64,000 bases of DNA from Octopus bimaculoides (taxonomy: Eukaryota). Numbering within the stretch: position 1 is the stretch's first letter; the number at the start of each line of letters is the position of its first letter. The notes below the pieces were generated by a model. The model was not told the origin of the DNA. It made no database searches and worked only from the letters and a program-made list of their open reading frames with translations. Shown here in pieces: positions 1-11,040 of this stretch. Both the position numbers and the translations under genes were made by a program. The DNA lies in assembly GCF_001194135.2 (NCBI RefSeq), contig NC_068984.1, positions 54,520,937 through 54,584,936 on the forward strand, in the 5' to 3' direction.

Positions 1-39
<39 letters not shown>

Positions 40-46
40 ATATATA
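1..46. repeat. (TA)n microsatellite
   Basis: Near-perfect TA dinucleotide run at the window start. Confidence 0.95.
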
Positions 47-221
47 TTACGGAGATGTACTTGCATAGCAAGTGACCTGATAAATGAGGCCTCTTTATTT
101 AGTCGCACTTTCGTTGTGGTCTAAATAGCAAATTGGTATAATGGGAAGATTAAGAATTGTGGTTGCAGTTCTTCTGAACATCTGTCAATGTGTTCACTGT
201 TCTGCCGATATTGTGGGTAAG

Positions 222-400
222 AAATTCCATTGTAAATTGTATGCTTGTGTTAATGCTATTAAGGATACTTTTGAACTCCAGGAGTTTATCTATGTTTTGT
301 TTTCATTCCAGTTGATGAAGCAGTCGTCCAAAAATCTTTTCCAGTTTTCTATTATGTATTGGGAGAATGGGTTTCCAAATTTTGAAAATGACTCCTGATA
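222..400 (-). mobile_element. Penelope-like element reverse transcriptase fragment (decayed)
   Basis: Minus strand reads YIIENWKRFLDDCFINWNEN, then after a frameshift DKLLEFKSILNSINTSIQFTME. This matches the PLE RT WxRFLDD...LN.I...IQFTME region. Confidence 0.75.
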
Positions 401-410
401 TATTGTTTCT

Positions 411-498
411 ATCTAACAAGTCCACTCACAAAGTTTTGGTCAGCCTAGGGATATTGCAGAAGACACTTGGTCAAGGTCTCTCACAGCCACGCCTGCGC
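411..498 (-). mobile_element. SINE family B fragment
   Basis: tccactcacaaagttttggtcagcc...gaagacacttggtcaagg...cacagccacgcctgcgcct matches the fuller copy at 24163-24575, with an internal deletion. Confidence 0.75.
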
Positions 499-1656
499 CT
501 GTTATTTATCAAAGTATAGATCAGTGAATAATAAGAATAGTCAGTATAGCTCTAAGTTAAATGTCTTACAATAGAAAGTACAGATCGGTGAATAATTAAA
601 AGAAAAAGAGCCTTAAAATAAATGCATTGTGAAGTAGAGGGTAATAAATCGTTAGAAACAGTAGAGCATTAAAGTAAATGTTTTACGAAGAAAAGAACAG
701 TAAATTATTACAAATAGTAAAGCTATAATCTCTATGCTTTACAAAGTATACAGCTCTAGCTAATGAAATAAATTCCGATACAGCACTAGATTCGATTTGA
801 TTAACAATATATAGATATAAAAAAGAATTTAGTGCTCGCTTAAAGAATTATTACCTACAAGATTACAGTAGTAATTGCATTTTGTCTACATAAAATATAG
901 GAACGTGTTCAAGCCACCTGCTAGAGACAATAACTAAATCTCCGCTTAATTTAGAAGCCTATTATCTTAAAAAAGTAAAGAGGTGCATGCTGAATAGTGT
1001 AGCCCTATATACACTATATCCAAATAAAATACATGATGTCACAACAGGAATTTATCAGGCATCTGCTCATTCAGGCCTGCTCAAAGCTGAACAATGAAGA
1101 AATTTACACAAATATGGTCCTTTATAAGATTTCGTTTCCCAGCTGAAGCCATTTCACATTACTTTACTTATGTGAATATGCCTTAGTGGGAACAAATTTA
1201 CCTGTATTTCTCCTGAAATATGAACATTTTAGGCATTTCTGGCGAGTGCCGTAATCCTCATACCTTCAGTTCCATGCTAACAGCCATATTTTTCATATTT
1301 CTAGACAAGGCATGAACGCCACAACATATCACTTCACATATTTAAGAAAGCAACACTTCCTCTGTCATTTAACACTTATTCTTCATAGAAACGTAGTAAG
1401 AATGAAGTATCTAAAGTATTCTATAGTAATGATTGACAGTTTAGAAAGTTCTTGAGTTTTACAAGAAACTTGTTTCGATACAATTACAGGTTCGTTGGTT
1501 TACTGTATTTCTTCGTTGTCGGTTCAAATGCAACAACTCAATTTTATTTTCTCTTCGGTGACGATTAAATTATTACCAACAAAGCTGTTTACCTTTACTC
1601 TTCTCTGCAATAATTTCATTGCGTTTAGTGGAAATATATTAATATTTAGAATAACT

Positions 1657-1861
1657 AAGGCAACGAGCTGGTAGTATCGTTAGCATGCCAGGCAAAATGT
1701 TTAGCGGCATTGCATCCGTCTTTACGAACTGAATTCAAATTCCTCCGAGGTCGAGTTTACTTTTCATTCTTTCGGGGCTGATAAAATAAGTACCAGTTGA
1801 ACACTGGGGTCAACTCATCTCCTTCCCAGAAATTGCTGGCTTTGTACCAAAATTTGAAATC
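1657..1861 (+). mobile_element. SINE family A (tRNA-type head plus CORE-like domain; OR1/OR2-like) with 16-bp TSD
   Basis: Head aaggcaacgagctgg...; core ttttcattctttcggggctgataaaataagtaccagt. Flanked by the direct repeat aatatttagaataact at 1641-1656 and 1862-1877. Confidence 0.85.
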
Positions 1862-2649
1862 AATATTTAGAATAACTCCAACCTAGTACAAATCTACAAG
1901 ATGTCGTGCCTAATTTATTTAGATAGTCTTCTAAATGTAATAGTCTGTATTGCAGCACAATTACCTACCCATATTTATTGTTCGAGAAATGGTTGTTCTA
2001 GACGATTTGCCTTCACTCAGCAGTCGTTTGCCCGCGAGTGAGTTGAAATTTAGATTGTGTTCAAACCTGCCGTTTATTCTCCGTTGTTAATCGAATCCTG
2101 CTTGGTCGATCAATCATTGCAGAATTAATTTAAGATCAGATGTATAGGATCTACTTGGCCTGCACAGATGGTATGCTTGGATATGATTAGTGCCGCTAAT
2201 ATTTAGCCTGGGCTGATTTAAGGCGACAAAATTGACTGATATAGCACAATACCAAACTTATGCTTTACGAAATCAGTTCTGATTTTCAATGCTTTGATTT
2301 CAAATTCCATCAGATATAACTTTTTAGCAAAGAAATATATATTAGCTTAGTTATTGGTAAGTTTGATTTAATCGATTGCCTTGCAAAAATAGTGAAACGA
2401 AATCAAAATTTTACAGGTACATGAAGTTAGAGTTGATCAGTATGAGAGGTATGGAAAAAAAATTGATACAATTGTTAAAATAGGGAGGACTCATATTCAC
2501 ATTAGTGTGAAATCATGCTATGTATATTATCTCTGCTATTTCTATCAATACAGTTCTGTTTCGAAATTGTTGCATACTCGGATCCCTATTCAAACTCGAT
2601 TTCTGTAAAACCTCTTATTATGAGCTTATAGTATGCTTCCTTTAGTGAA

Positions 2650-2860
2650 GGTGCATGTCCTAGTGGTGAGGTTGTTTTACTCAAAATCAAAAGGTCGTGG
2701 GTTCAATTCCTCGACCTGGTGTCACATTTGTATACTTGATCAAGGAATTTCACTTCACGTTGCTCCAGTCAGATTAGCTGCAAATGTGTTGCAAATGAGT
2801 GCTGGTGTAGCCATCACTCATTTCAATTGTCATATCCTAGATGTTCAGCTGAATCAAGGT
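2650..2860 (+). mobile_element. SINE family C, degenerate (tRNA head plus Meta-like central domain)
   Basis: A-box-like tagtggtgagg, B-box-like gggttcaattcc, then cttgatcaaggaatttcacttcacgttgctccagtc, as in the copies at 31491 and 44068. Confidence 0.65.
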
Positions 2861-3434
2861 TAAGAGACCCGAGGGGGTGTCTATGTCTACTCACCAATAC
2901 TTAGGCACCTAAAGCAATTAACGAAAGCATAGTAATAATATATAAAGTAATACTTGCTTGCGAATGACGATTGGCTATGGCTGTACACCGAATATGCCAA
3001 AGACCGTTGCCTTTCTGAATGACTCCCCTTCTATGCAAACTCATATAAGAAATTATAACAAGGACTAGAAAGCACTCGAAGAACTTTAAAATCAAAACGA
3101 TATCAATGACCATTTCCATTGCATTTTTACTTGATGTCATTTCATTGTGTTTTCGACTTCTTTTTGTAGCATGGAATAAAAACCATTTTCTTTGAGATAG
3201 TTTGAACTAGCTGAAATGTTTTCTTAAACTTACAGAAGTAAACCTTTTTGAAGTAATGTCAAGAAACGTGTAGCTTCTGTAAATTTGTTATCTGGGGTAA
3301 TGCATTGCATGAATGATGCCTTAATTGTAACATTGTTTTCCTAGGATCCAGTTGTTCTTGATTACAGAAGCAATCATTTAAAAAACTGATTATAAAGTTG
3401 TAATAGTCACTGTCAGGTTGCAAACACGAAACTA

Positions 3435-3590
3435 AGTATTGGTTTCAAATTTTGGCACAAAGCCAGCAATTTCGTGGGGTGGTGGTGGTGATAAATCGAT
3501 TATATCGACCCCAGTGCTCAATTGGTACTTATTTTATCGACCTCGAAAAGATTAAGGGCAAAATCGATCTGGGCGGCATTTGAACTCAAC
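3435..3590 (-). mobile_element. SINE family A, partial
   Basis: Reverse complement of the family A core and tail (gaccccagtgctcaattggtacttattttatcgacc). Confidence 0.8.
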
Positions 3591-3601
3591 GCCCTGCTAA
3601 G

Positions 3602-3990
3602 TACGTGGTCTGATCAAGAAGTATCTGGACTGTTGCCATCGTAACGAAGCTAAAGCACGCGGAGTAAAGTGGCTTGGTACAAATTAACCTTGAACTCTGC
3701 TATACATGCGCATTAAGTTTTAACATTTCGCTGCTTACAGCAGTGTTTCGAAGGACAGAGAAAGTTGAGCAGAGAATCTGCATCAAATTTTGCCAAAAGC
3801 TTGGCGATACCTGCTCAGAGGCATATGCAGAGTGTGGAAAAAGTTTTACCGTTCTCGACACAATCAAGGAGATATTGTGCAACTGAAAGCCCTGTATCCT
3901 TTTGGTCAGCTGAAAGCAGTTTTGGCACAAACTTGGCAGACACGCGTCTAATACCCAAATCTTCAGTGATAATGGACTGAACTGAACCAT
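3602..3990. mobile_element. Rearranged mariner fragment (5' end on +, next segment on -)
   Basis: TIR-like tacgtggtctgatcaagaagtatctggact at 3602. + strand EQRICIKFCQKLGDTCSEAYA (3767-3829). - strand TEDLGIRRVSAKFVPKLLSADQ and, after a frameshift, LSVAQYLLDCVEN (about 3830-3990). Confidence 0.8.
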
Positions 3991-4379
3991 ATCTTGAATG
4001 GGAAAGAATTAAAGTGTAATGCCAAGAGATTGGAGAGATAAAAGAGTTTATTGATTAAACATTACCTCATTTGTCAGAACAAATATAAAATGACATCAGT
4101 TGTTCCTGTTTTCTGCACTCCAAGTTAGAGCCAGCCTACATATTCGGAATAGAGCAGGTACAACCCAATTGTTTTTTAGTGAAGAATTTTAAAGAGATAA
4201 TACAACTGATAGTATAACCTTCACTCAGTACAAAAAATAGTTTACTGACGCACTGGGTTCACTCTCCTTTCTATGCATCAGTTAGTTCTTCCAGCCTTAT
4301 CAGTCAGGGGAAAAACTGCAAAGATTATAGTATCTTTTATCTTTCTCAATGATTTTAAAAATTTGTTCAGAATGGCTTT

Positions 4380-4910
4380 TGATGGTTTGGAGGTAGAGAT
4401 TATTTCTATGGACTCTGAAGTCTCTCCAAGGTTGATGAGCTCGACGACCCAGTTGATGTCCTTCGAGAACAGTTGCAAGAAGACCGTTTCCGGAAAAATG
4501 CACAGGGAATAAATCCCAGAGATTTGACGGTCTGCGAAGGAATGACAGGAAGGTGGGTGCACACAATATGAATGAAGAAGAAAGAGGAACGAGTTAGGAG
4601 TACCTGAGTGGGGGTTGTTACATGACAAGCTAGCTCAAGGGAGCAGAGGCCAGTGTTGTCGTGCAAGAAAACACAGTGAGGAGACAACATTTCGCATATG
4701 TAATCCAGAGGTTGTTCTTTGTAAGTGACTTAAAACCAAACAGTTGAACGACCATTCTCTGGATTTTATCACCAGTGCTTTGCAAAGATCTAGCAGTCTT
4801 TGGAGGACGAAATAGTTTCTGGATCTGAAGAAGAATATTAATTTTTTTGATGCAGTCTTTACTACGTTGAATATTCTCGATGTCGTCGAGACTTCGAATT
4901 TTCAGCAGCC
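4380..4910 (+). mobile_element. Possible highly decayed REL-type (R2/NeSL-like) non-LTR retrotransposon C-terminal region
   Basis: GC-richer island. Across frames: ...KNAQGINP...MTGRWVHTI..., CCRA.KHSEET..H(V)IQR.. resembling a CCHC finger, and LNILDVVE resembling the REL IxD motif. Requires several frameshifts and stops. Confidence 0.3.
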
Positions 4911-5011
4911 TAAAAGGTTCTGACTGTATTATTCTTGTTTCTTACCATTGTTCTGTTTCGTATTTGGGTAGTAAACTCAATCGCATTTTGTTTCGATATT
5001 ACATGATTCTT

Positions 5012-5459
5012 AGGGTGGCGAGGCGGCAGAATCGTTAGCACGTCGGTCAAAATGCTTAGCGGCACTTCATCATGTTCTAAGTTCAAATTCTGCCGAGGTC
5101 GACTTTGCCTTTCATCGTTTCGGAGTCGATAAATTAAGTACCAGTTGAGCACTGAGGTTGATGCAATTGATTTACCCCACCCTCGCCTGAAAATACTGTC
5201 CTTGTGCCAAAACTTAAATCGAATAATACATGGTTCTTGAAGGCAGTGAGCTGACAGAATCGTTATCACGCCAGGCAAAATGCTTAGCGGTATTTCATTC
5301 ATCTTTACGTTCTGAGGTTCAAACTCCGCCGAGGTCGACCTAGCCTTTCACCTTTTCGGAATAAAAAGAAAGAAAGAAATACCAGTTGGGCACTGGGTTC
5401 GATGTAATCGACTTGCACCCTTCCCCGAGCTTGCTAACTTTGTGTCAACATTTGAAATC
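5012..5459 (+). mobile_element. Two tandem SINE family A copies separated by a reiterated target sequence
   Basis: Copies at about 5012-5221 and 5239-5459. Related 16-17 bp flanks atattacatgattctt (4996-5011), aataatacatggttctt (5222-5238) and aatattacatggctct (5460-5475). Confidence 0.85.
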
Positions 5460-6282
5460 AATATTACATGGCTCTCGGCAACATCACCCACTTCCGTGAA
5501 TATTACTGGTGACAGACTGGTGATAGACCTGTGGAATGACAGATGATGACAGATGATGGTTATATCTCACGCGCTTAACACCATGTAATTAAAGTTTGGA
5601 TGAAAAGCATTTTCTGTCATATATACAATGTTAGTTCTAGACTCTATTAAAGATGCTTCAATTTTGAAACCTGATTTTCAGTTGTTAAGGTCACTATTGT
5701 TTTGGCCAAGACAATCCTGATCTTGTAGGCATTTCAGCCATGCACATAAAATGTATTTCAGCCATACCCATCGCGTCTTTTCCCAAGCTTTATGTAAATA
5801 TTTCAAAGATAGCTGGGTGTGATTCAACAGTGATTTGGTTGGTATTTCTAGTAGGTCCAGTGACCACGTGAAAGCCTTTGTATTTTTCGATTCACCTAAT
5901 TTCCGGTTTGATGAATGAGGCTCAGTCAAATTTTTTTCTTTGATAAACAATATTACTGGCAATTAGTAGTTGTCTTTAATAAAGAATTAATTTAAATTAC
6001 ATTTGACAGGTGAAAACAGTTGTCTTCTAATCTGACTCAGTATGTGTCAAACGGAATAATTTTTCTTTTGCTCAAGTCTTTTTATAAGATGGAAAAGAAA
6101 ATAATGTTTTAGGAAGTTACTGCTACAATGACTTCACCCACACATCTCTTTATTTAGAAAGTGTTGCAAATTAGCTCACATTTATCATAAGTTATTGGGT
6201 TAAAAAAAAGCTTTATATATTATATTTTTTTTTAAAGTATTTTACCGGTAAAAGATGTCAGAAATCAATATTAGCGTTAGAG

Positions 6283-6916
6283 GTAAGGCGGCGAGCTGGC
6301 AGAAACGTTAGCACGAAATGCTTAGCGGTATTTCGTCTGCCGTTACGTTCTCAGTTCAAATTCCGCTGGGGTCGACTTTGCCTTTCATCCTTCCGGGGTC
6401 GATAAATTAAGTACCAGTTACGTACTGGGGTCGATGTAATTGACTTAATCTCTTTGTTTGTTCTTGTTTGTCCCCTCTATGTTTAGCCCCTTGGTGGGGG
6501 GGGGGGGCAATAAAGAACTAAGAAACTTTAGCACGCTGGGCGAAATGCATAGCGGTATTTCGTCTGCCGTTACGTTCTCAGTTCAAATTCCGTCAGGTCG
6601 ATTTTGCCTTTCATCCTTTCGGGGTCGATAAATTAAGCACCAGTTGCGTACTAGGGTAGATCTAATCGACTGGTCTCCTCCCACCCAAAATTTCGGGCCA
6701 TGTGCCTAGAGTAGAAAAGAATCATCATCCCGTCGAGCAAAATACTTAGCGGAATTTCGCCCGTCTTTATGTTTTTGGTTCAAATGCTGCTGGAGTTGAC
6801 TTTTCCCTTTCATCCTTTCAAGGTCGATACAATATGTGCCAGTCAAGCACTGGGGCCGATTTAATCGACTTATCCCTTTCCCTGGAACTGCTGGCCGTGT
6901 GCCAAAATTTTAAACA
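6283..6916 (+). mobile_element. Nested triple SINE family A composite
   Basis: Three consecutive bodies (about 6283-6521, 6522-6723, 6724-6916) with different 3' tails. The whole block is flanked by aatattagcgttagag (6267-6282 and 6917-6932). Confidence 0.85.
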
Positions 6917-8184
6917 AATATTAGCGTTAGAGATCGATAATCAATATACTGTTATTTAATCTCTAGGTTAGTCCTGATCGAACAAAATAATCAAGAGTAA
7001 CTAATTCCATGACCATCACATTTTTTCCAGGAATAGTGTAATCCGGGGTATATTATTCAGTGTGTCCTTTCTATTTCTGTAATTAATAGTGTGCTATTTG
7101 AGAGAGATTTGGCTGCCATCTTAATGTTTACCTGTGGAATGGCAGATGATGGCAGAATCGGTAAATTGCCGAAAATAATACTTCGTAATATTTAGTTATT
7201 TTGCGTTGTGACTACGAATCGTGTCAATGTTGAGTTTTCTTTCATCTTTGCAGGGTGCACAAAATATGTCCTAGTTAGGTGCCGTGACATTTGTTCATAA
7301 TTCAGAGAAGGGAGGAAAAAGGCGAAGAGATCGAAACTATTGGACAGTTTCGGTATTTAGTCTCGAAATTCAAAGTTCTTTAATCCCAGCTGCAGGCTTC
7401 ATAAAATAAGTATGAGCGATGTACTGAATCCGACCGTTTACGTTCTAAGTTCAAATCCAGTGAGGTTAACACTTCATTCTCTTTGGGTTACACAAAATGA
7501 ATATCTGTCATGTACTAAAGTTAATTTAATCGACTTAACACGTTTTCCAAAATATGTAGGTTTGTGCCAGCAAAGCCTCTATGTCGTCATTCGATCTGCC
7601 AGTAATAGCAACCGAATTTCTCTCAAATAACATACCCCAAAAGAAAAAAAATAATACATTGGATAATGTAATCTTAGATATATTATTCCATAGAAACCAT
7701 AGAAATAAGAAACGAGTATATAGGGATGGGATACATTTAATCATAGAACTGCTCAGTCGAAGCTGACATAAGCTAAGCAACATCTACATCAATGCCGATA
7801 TTTAACCTGCGGAAATGGCAAAATGCTTTTATAGTTTTTTTCTTTGTTTCGTTTGGTATTTTCAGAGTCTGAATTCAAATCATATCCGGATCGATTACGC
7901 TTTTCATCTGTTTGGAGAGATGAAATATGTACCAACAATAAATTGATTCAATATCCTTCACAGTTCTACTTGCTCCTAAGTTAACTTATAATGCGTGGAG
8001 ATCATGGTATAATCATTTGATGAATCGAAATTGTGACGGAGTTTCGACTCTCGATTGAAGCCAGTTCTCTCCACATGTGTTACTAATCCTTTTCCCTCTT
8101 ATATATATTATTATTTTGCTAGCCGTTAAGAGAATAGTAAGGGTTTGGCAAGTGGATACGAAACTCAGATTAATTGAAACAACA

Positions 8185-8400
8185 AAAGTAGTGAGCCAGC
8201 AGAATCATTAGCAAGCAGGACAAAATACTGAGCGGCATTTCGTTCATCTTTACATTCTGAGTTCAAATTCCGCCGAGGCCGACTTTGCCTTTCATCCTTT
8301 CGGGTTCGATAATAAGTACCAGTTGAGCACCGGGGTCGATGTAATCGACTTACCCCTCCCACCAAAAAGGCTGATCTTGTACCAAAATTTGAAACCAATA
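8185..8400 (+). mobile_element. SINE family A
   Basis: gagccagcagaatcattagc...gagttcaaattccgccgaggccgactttgcctttcatcctttcggg...aaatttgaaaccaatatt. More decayed copies lie at about 7400-7600 and 7800-7960. Confidence 0.85.
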
Positions 8401-8577
8401 TTAGAAATGTCAGATACAAAATACACCAAAAACGGAATATCTACCAGGTCGTTCTAAATTACCTATTACAACTAAATTACCTATTACAATTAAATCAGCT
8501 ATTAGAAATAGCTACTAAATCACACCACCTTACTTAAAAAAATATGTGAGGATAGCGCTCTACTGCTAGAGGTATGT

Positions 8578-8652
8578 ATGAGTGGATCGAGAAATTAAAA
8601 AATGGCTGGATGAGTGTGAAGCATGAAGTGGGAGCAGGATTTTCATCAACCT
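8578..8652 (+). mobile_element. Mariner transposase HTH fragment
   Basis: Reads YEWIEKLKNGWMSVKHEVGAGFSST, similar to the mariner motif YEWxxxFKxGRxSVxDxxxxGRPST. Confidence 0.6.
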
Positions 8653-8764
8653 TGGCGGCCAACTTTAATAGGGAATGAGGTTGTGTTTCATCTTTTGACA
8701 AGAGTTTCATCAGCCAAGCTATGATATTTGGTCTACTCTGGTTTGAAAAAAATGTTAACTCTCT

Positions 8765-8925
8765 ACTCTCAGGGCACTAAGTTCAGCTCCGATGACTGTT
8801 TTTGTGCTCCTGCATAGCAGTAAGATGGTTAGAGCGATGTTACTGCCGTTTCTTCTAGAAAGTGGAGTCTCTCCTTCAGATCCACTTGTATCTCCCAGTC
8901 TGAGGCTTGATGCAAAATAGAAAAT
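8765..8925 (-). mobile_element. REL (PD-D/ExK) endonuclease fragment of a non-LTR retrotransposon (HERO/NeSL-like)
   Basis: Minus strand SILHQASDWEIQVDLKERLHFLEETAVTSL*P... and a decayed ELTVPWE (gaactt-gtgccctgagag). Confidence 0.65.
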
Positions 8926-9211
8926 GAGTCCCAAACAGTTGCTTTTGCCTTAGGCATCTCATACTATTCCCTTATGAATCTGATACTTTTGGGTGGTGAT
9001 GGCTGTTGCTTGCCCAAGGTAACTCAAGTAAGATCGACCATAAAACTATGTTTATGAAACAAACTTTTAAACCATATTACCTTTAAGAAAGATATGAACG
9101 TTACAACTTCCATTTCACCCTCTTCTAAAAACATTAAGTTAGAATCGTTTGAAATATTACTTTAGATAGGAGAGTATTGTAGTTTGCTTGAAGCATTGTG
9201 TATTGTTTGTA

Positions 9212-9548
9212 AAGAATAAAAAGTTTTGAATGGTACAACAATGCACTATAATACAAAAATGGACTATATACCTATTGTAATTTAGTTATCTATAGTCCGA
9301 TGATATTTCGGAATAAAATTCTTACTTCAGATATTCTTAGATGGAGTCGCTGCTATAATCGGTTTTAAATATAAAACGATTCATATTCCTTTAGGATGAA
9401 TGATAGAAGCGACTCCATCTAAGAATAACTGTAGAAGGAATTTTATTCCGAAATATCATCGGACTATGGATAACTAGATTACAACAGGTATATAGTCCAT
9501 TTTTTGTATTATAGTGCATTGTTGTACCATTCAAAACATTTTATTCTT
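9212..9548. repeat. 337-bp foldback (about 150-bp inverted arms) with hammerhead-like cores; possibly PLE pseudo-LTR derived
   Basis: Arm 9212-9360 is the reverse complement of about 9398-9548 with few mismatches, leaving a loop of about 37 bp. Each arm holds ctg(a/t)ag(t)a...ggaat-ttt-attcc-gaaa-tatc. Confidence 0.9.
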
Positions 9549-9689
9549 CATTACTTTAGAGTATTCTTTCCAAATTACTTCAAATTTATAGCCAAACTAA
9601 CTTTAGAAACACACATATTTAAAAAGAGAAATAGAACTGTTTGGCGAAACAGGACGTTCAAGGTTTTCTCTGTAGAACTTACAAACAGT

Positions 9690-9900
9690 AATTTTTAACA
9701 CAGGTACAAAGCTTCAAATTTAACAGTGTTGTATAATCGATTATGTCGACTCCAGTGCTTGATTGGTATACTTCAGTTTTATCGAACCTGGTAGGATGAA
9801 CTGCAAAATTGACCTCGGCAGGACTCGAGCGCATTAATTAGAGATCCGGAGCTAATAACAGCAAGACATTATTTTGTCTGACACTCTAGCGATTCTACCA
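9690..9900 (-). mobile_element. SINE family A, degenerate
   Basis: Reverse-complement core (tcgactccagtgcttgattggtatact...ttttatcgaacctggtaggatgaactgcaaaattgacctcggc). Confidence 0.65.
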
Positions 9901-10292
9901 ACCAATTTTCATTCAATCAGAATCGATTTATTTTCATGCTAAAGTATACTGATTGTGTAAGCTAATTAATAGCTACGGTTGATCTAAAAGATATGCTTGA
10001 AGAAGTATATATAAAAAGGAAAGGAATTCGATGAATCGGTCTAATGGATGTAGACAATAGATTAATACTAAGAGCGAATCACTTTGATGAAACTCGGAAT
10101 AAAAGCGGTGTTAAATGATCTAAAGCTTTACATAATGTTGATCCTAAATTTGTACAGTACAAAGTACGCAACATTATTACGAGCATTTGATACGCAATTA
10201 AGCATCAAATAATTACAAATACACCACACGATACAATTTAACGTCGTACGTTAAAGTTGGAAATCATTTATCACATACACACACACATACGT

Positions 10293-10295
<3 letters not shown>

Positions 10296-10367
<72 letters not shown>
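10296..10367. repeat. (CA)n microsatellite
   Basis: Pure CA run; source of the CVCVCV ORF. Confidence 0.95.
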
Positions 10368-10370
<3 letters not shown>

Positions 10371-10484
10371 TCATACAGATTAAATAAAGCGAGTATAACA
10401 ACGAACTTATTCCTGATTTATAGAGTTGCATGAACTGATATATTATTGATAAAATTGGCAGATACAATAATAATAATAATAATC

Positions 10485-10705
10485 CTTTCTACTATAGTTA
10501 CAAGACCTGAAATTTGTGTGTGTGTGTGTGTGTGTGCGTGCATGGGGGTGGTGGTGATAGTCGATTATATATAGTACTTATTTCATCGACCCTGAAAGGA
10601 TGAAAGGCAAAGTGGACCTTGACGGACCTTGAACTCAAAACGTGAAGACGGACGAAACTAACATTTTGCCCGGCGTACTAATGATTCTGCCAGTTCGCCG
10701 CCTTA
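10485..10705 (-). mobile_element. SINE family A
   Basis: tacttatttcatcgaccctgaaaggatgaaaggcaaagtggacc...gattctgccagttcgccgcctt is the family A reverse complement. Confidence 0.8.
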
Positions 10706-10779
10706 TGCAAAATGTCGAAGGCTGCTCGTGGTACTCAAACCCACATCCCCTGGAATAATAATAATAATAATAATAACCA

Positions 10780-11040
10780 ACATGAGAAAAGAAACTCCAC
10801 TCCGCATGGAATTACATGGTCAGTTCCACCGTGAAACTAACAAATTAAAAGACCAGGAAGCATCATGGAGGTGGCTCAGCAAAGGTGACCTACAAAAGAA
10901 GACTGAAAGCCTAATCATCGCTGCCCAGGATCAGGCATTGAACACCAAGTCAGTGAAAAGGGATATATACCACACAAGCGCAACGAACCTCTGTATAATG
11001 TGTGGGAAGAGGGTCGAAAGCGTGACTTACATTGTTTGGA
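10780..11040 (+). mobile_element. Dong/R4-like LINE fragment (pre-finger and zinc-finger region)
   Basis: LHGQFHRE...SWRWLSKGDLQKKTESLIIAAQDQALNTK...CIMCGKRVESVTYIV. Begins directly after an (AAT)n tract. Confidence 0.85.

Noticed and set aside
2901-3140. Hydrophobic 79-aa ORF resembling a membrane peptide
   Set aside because: AT-rich sequence readily gives I/L/F-rich frames; no supporting exons or motifs.
4910-5302. ORFs with DERQSRPRRNLNSE-type motifs (also 8165-8419, 49580-49765)
   Set aside because: Antisense translations of SINE family A, not genes.
5528-5559. 27-bp motif cctgtggaatg(a/g)cagatgatg(a/g)caga shared with 7131-7160
   Set aside because: Too short to interpret; probably a remnant of an old dispersed repeat.
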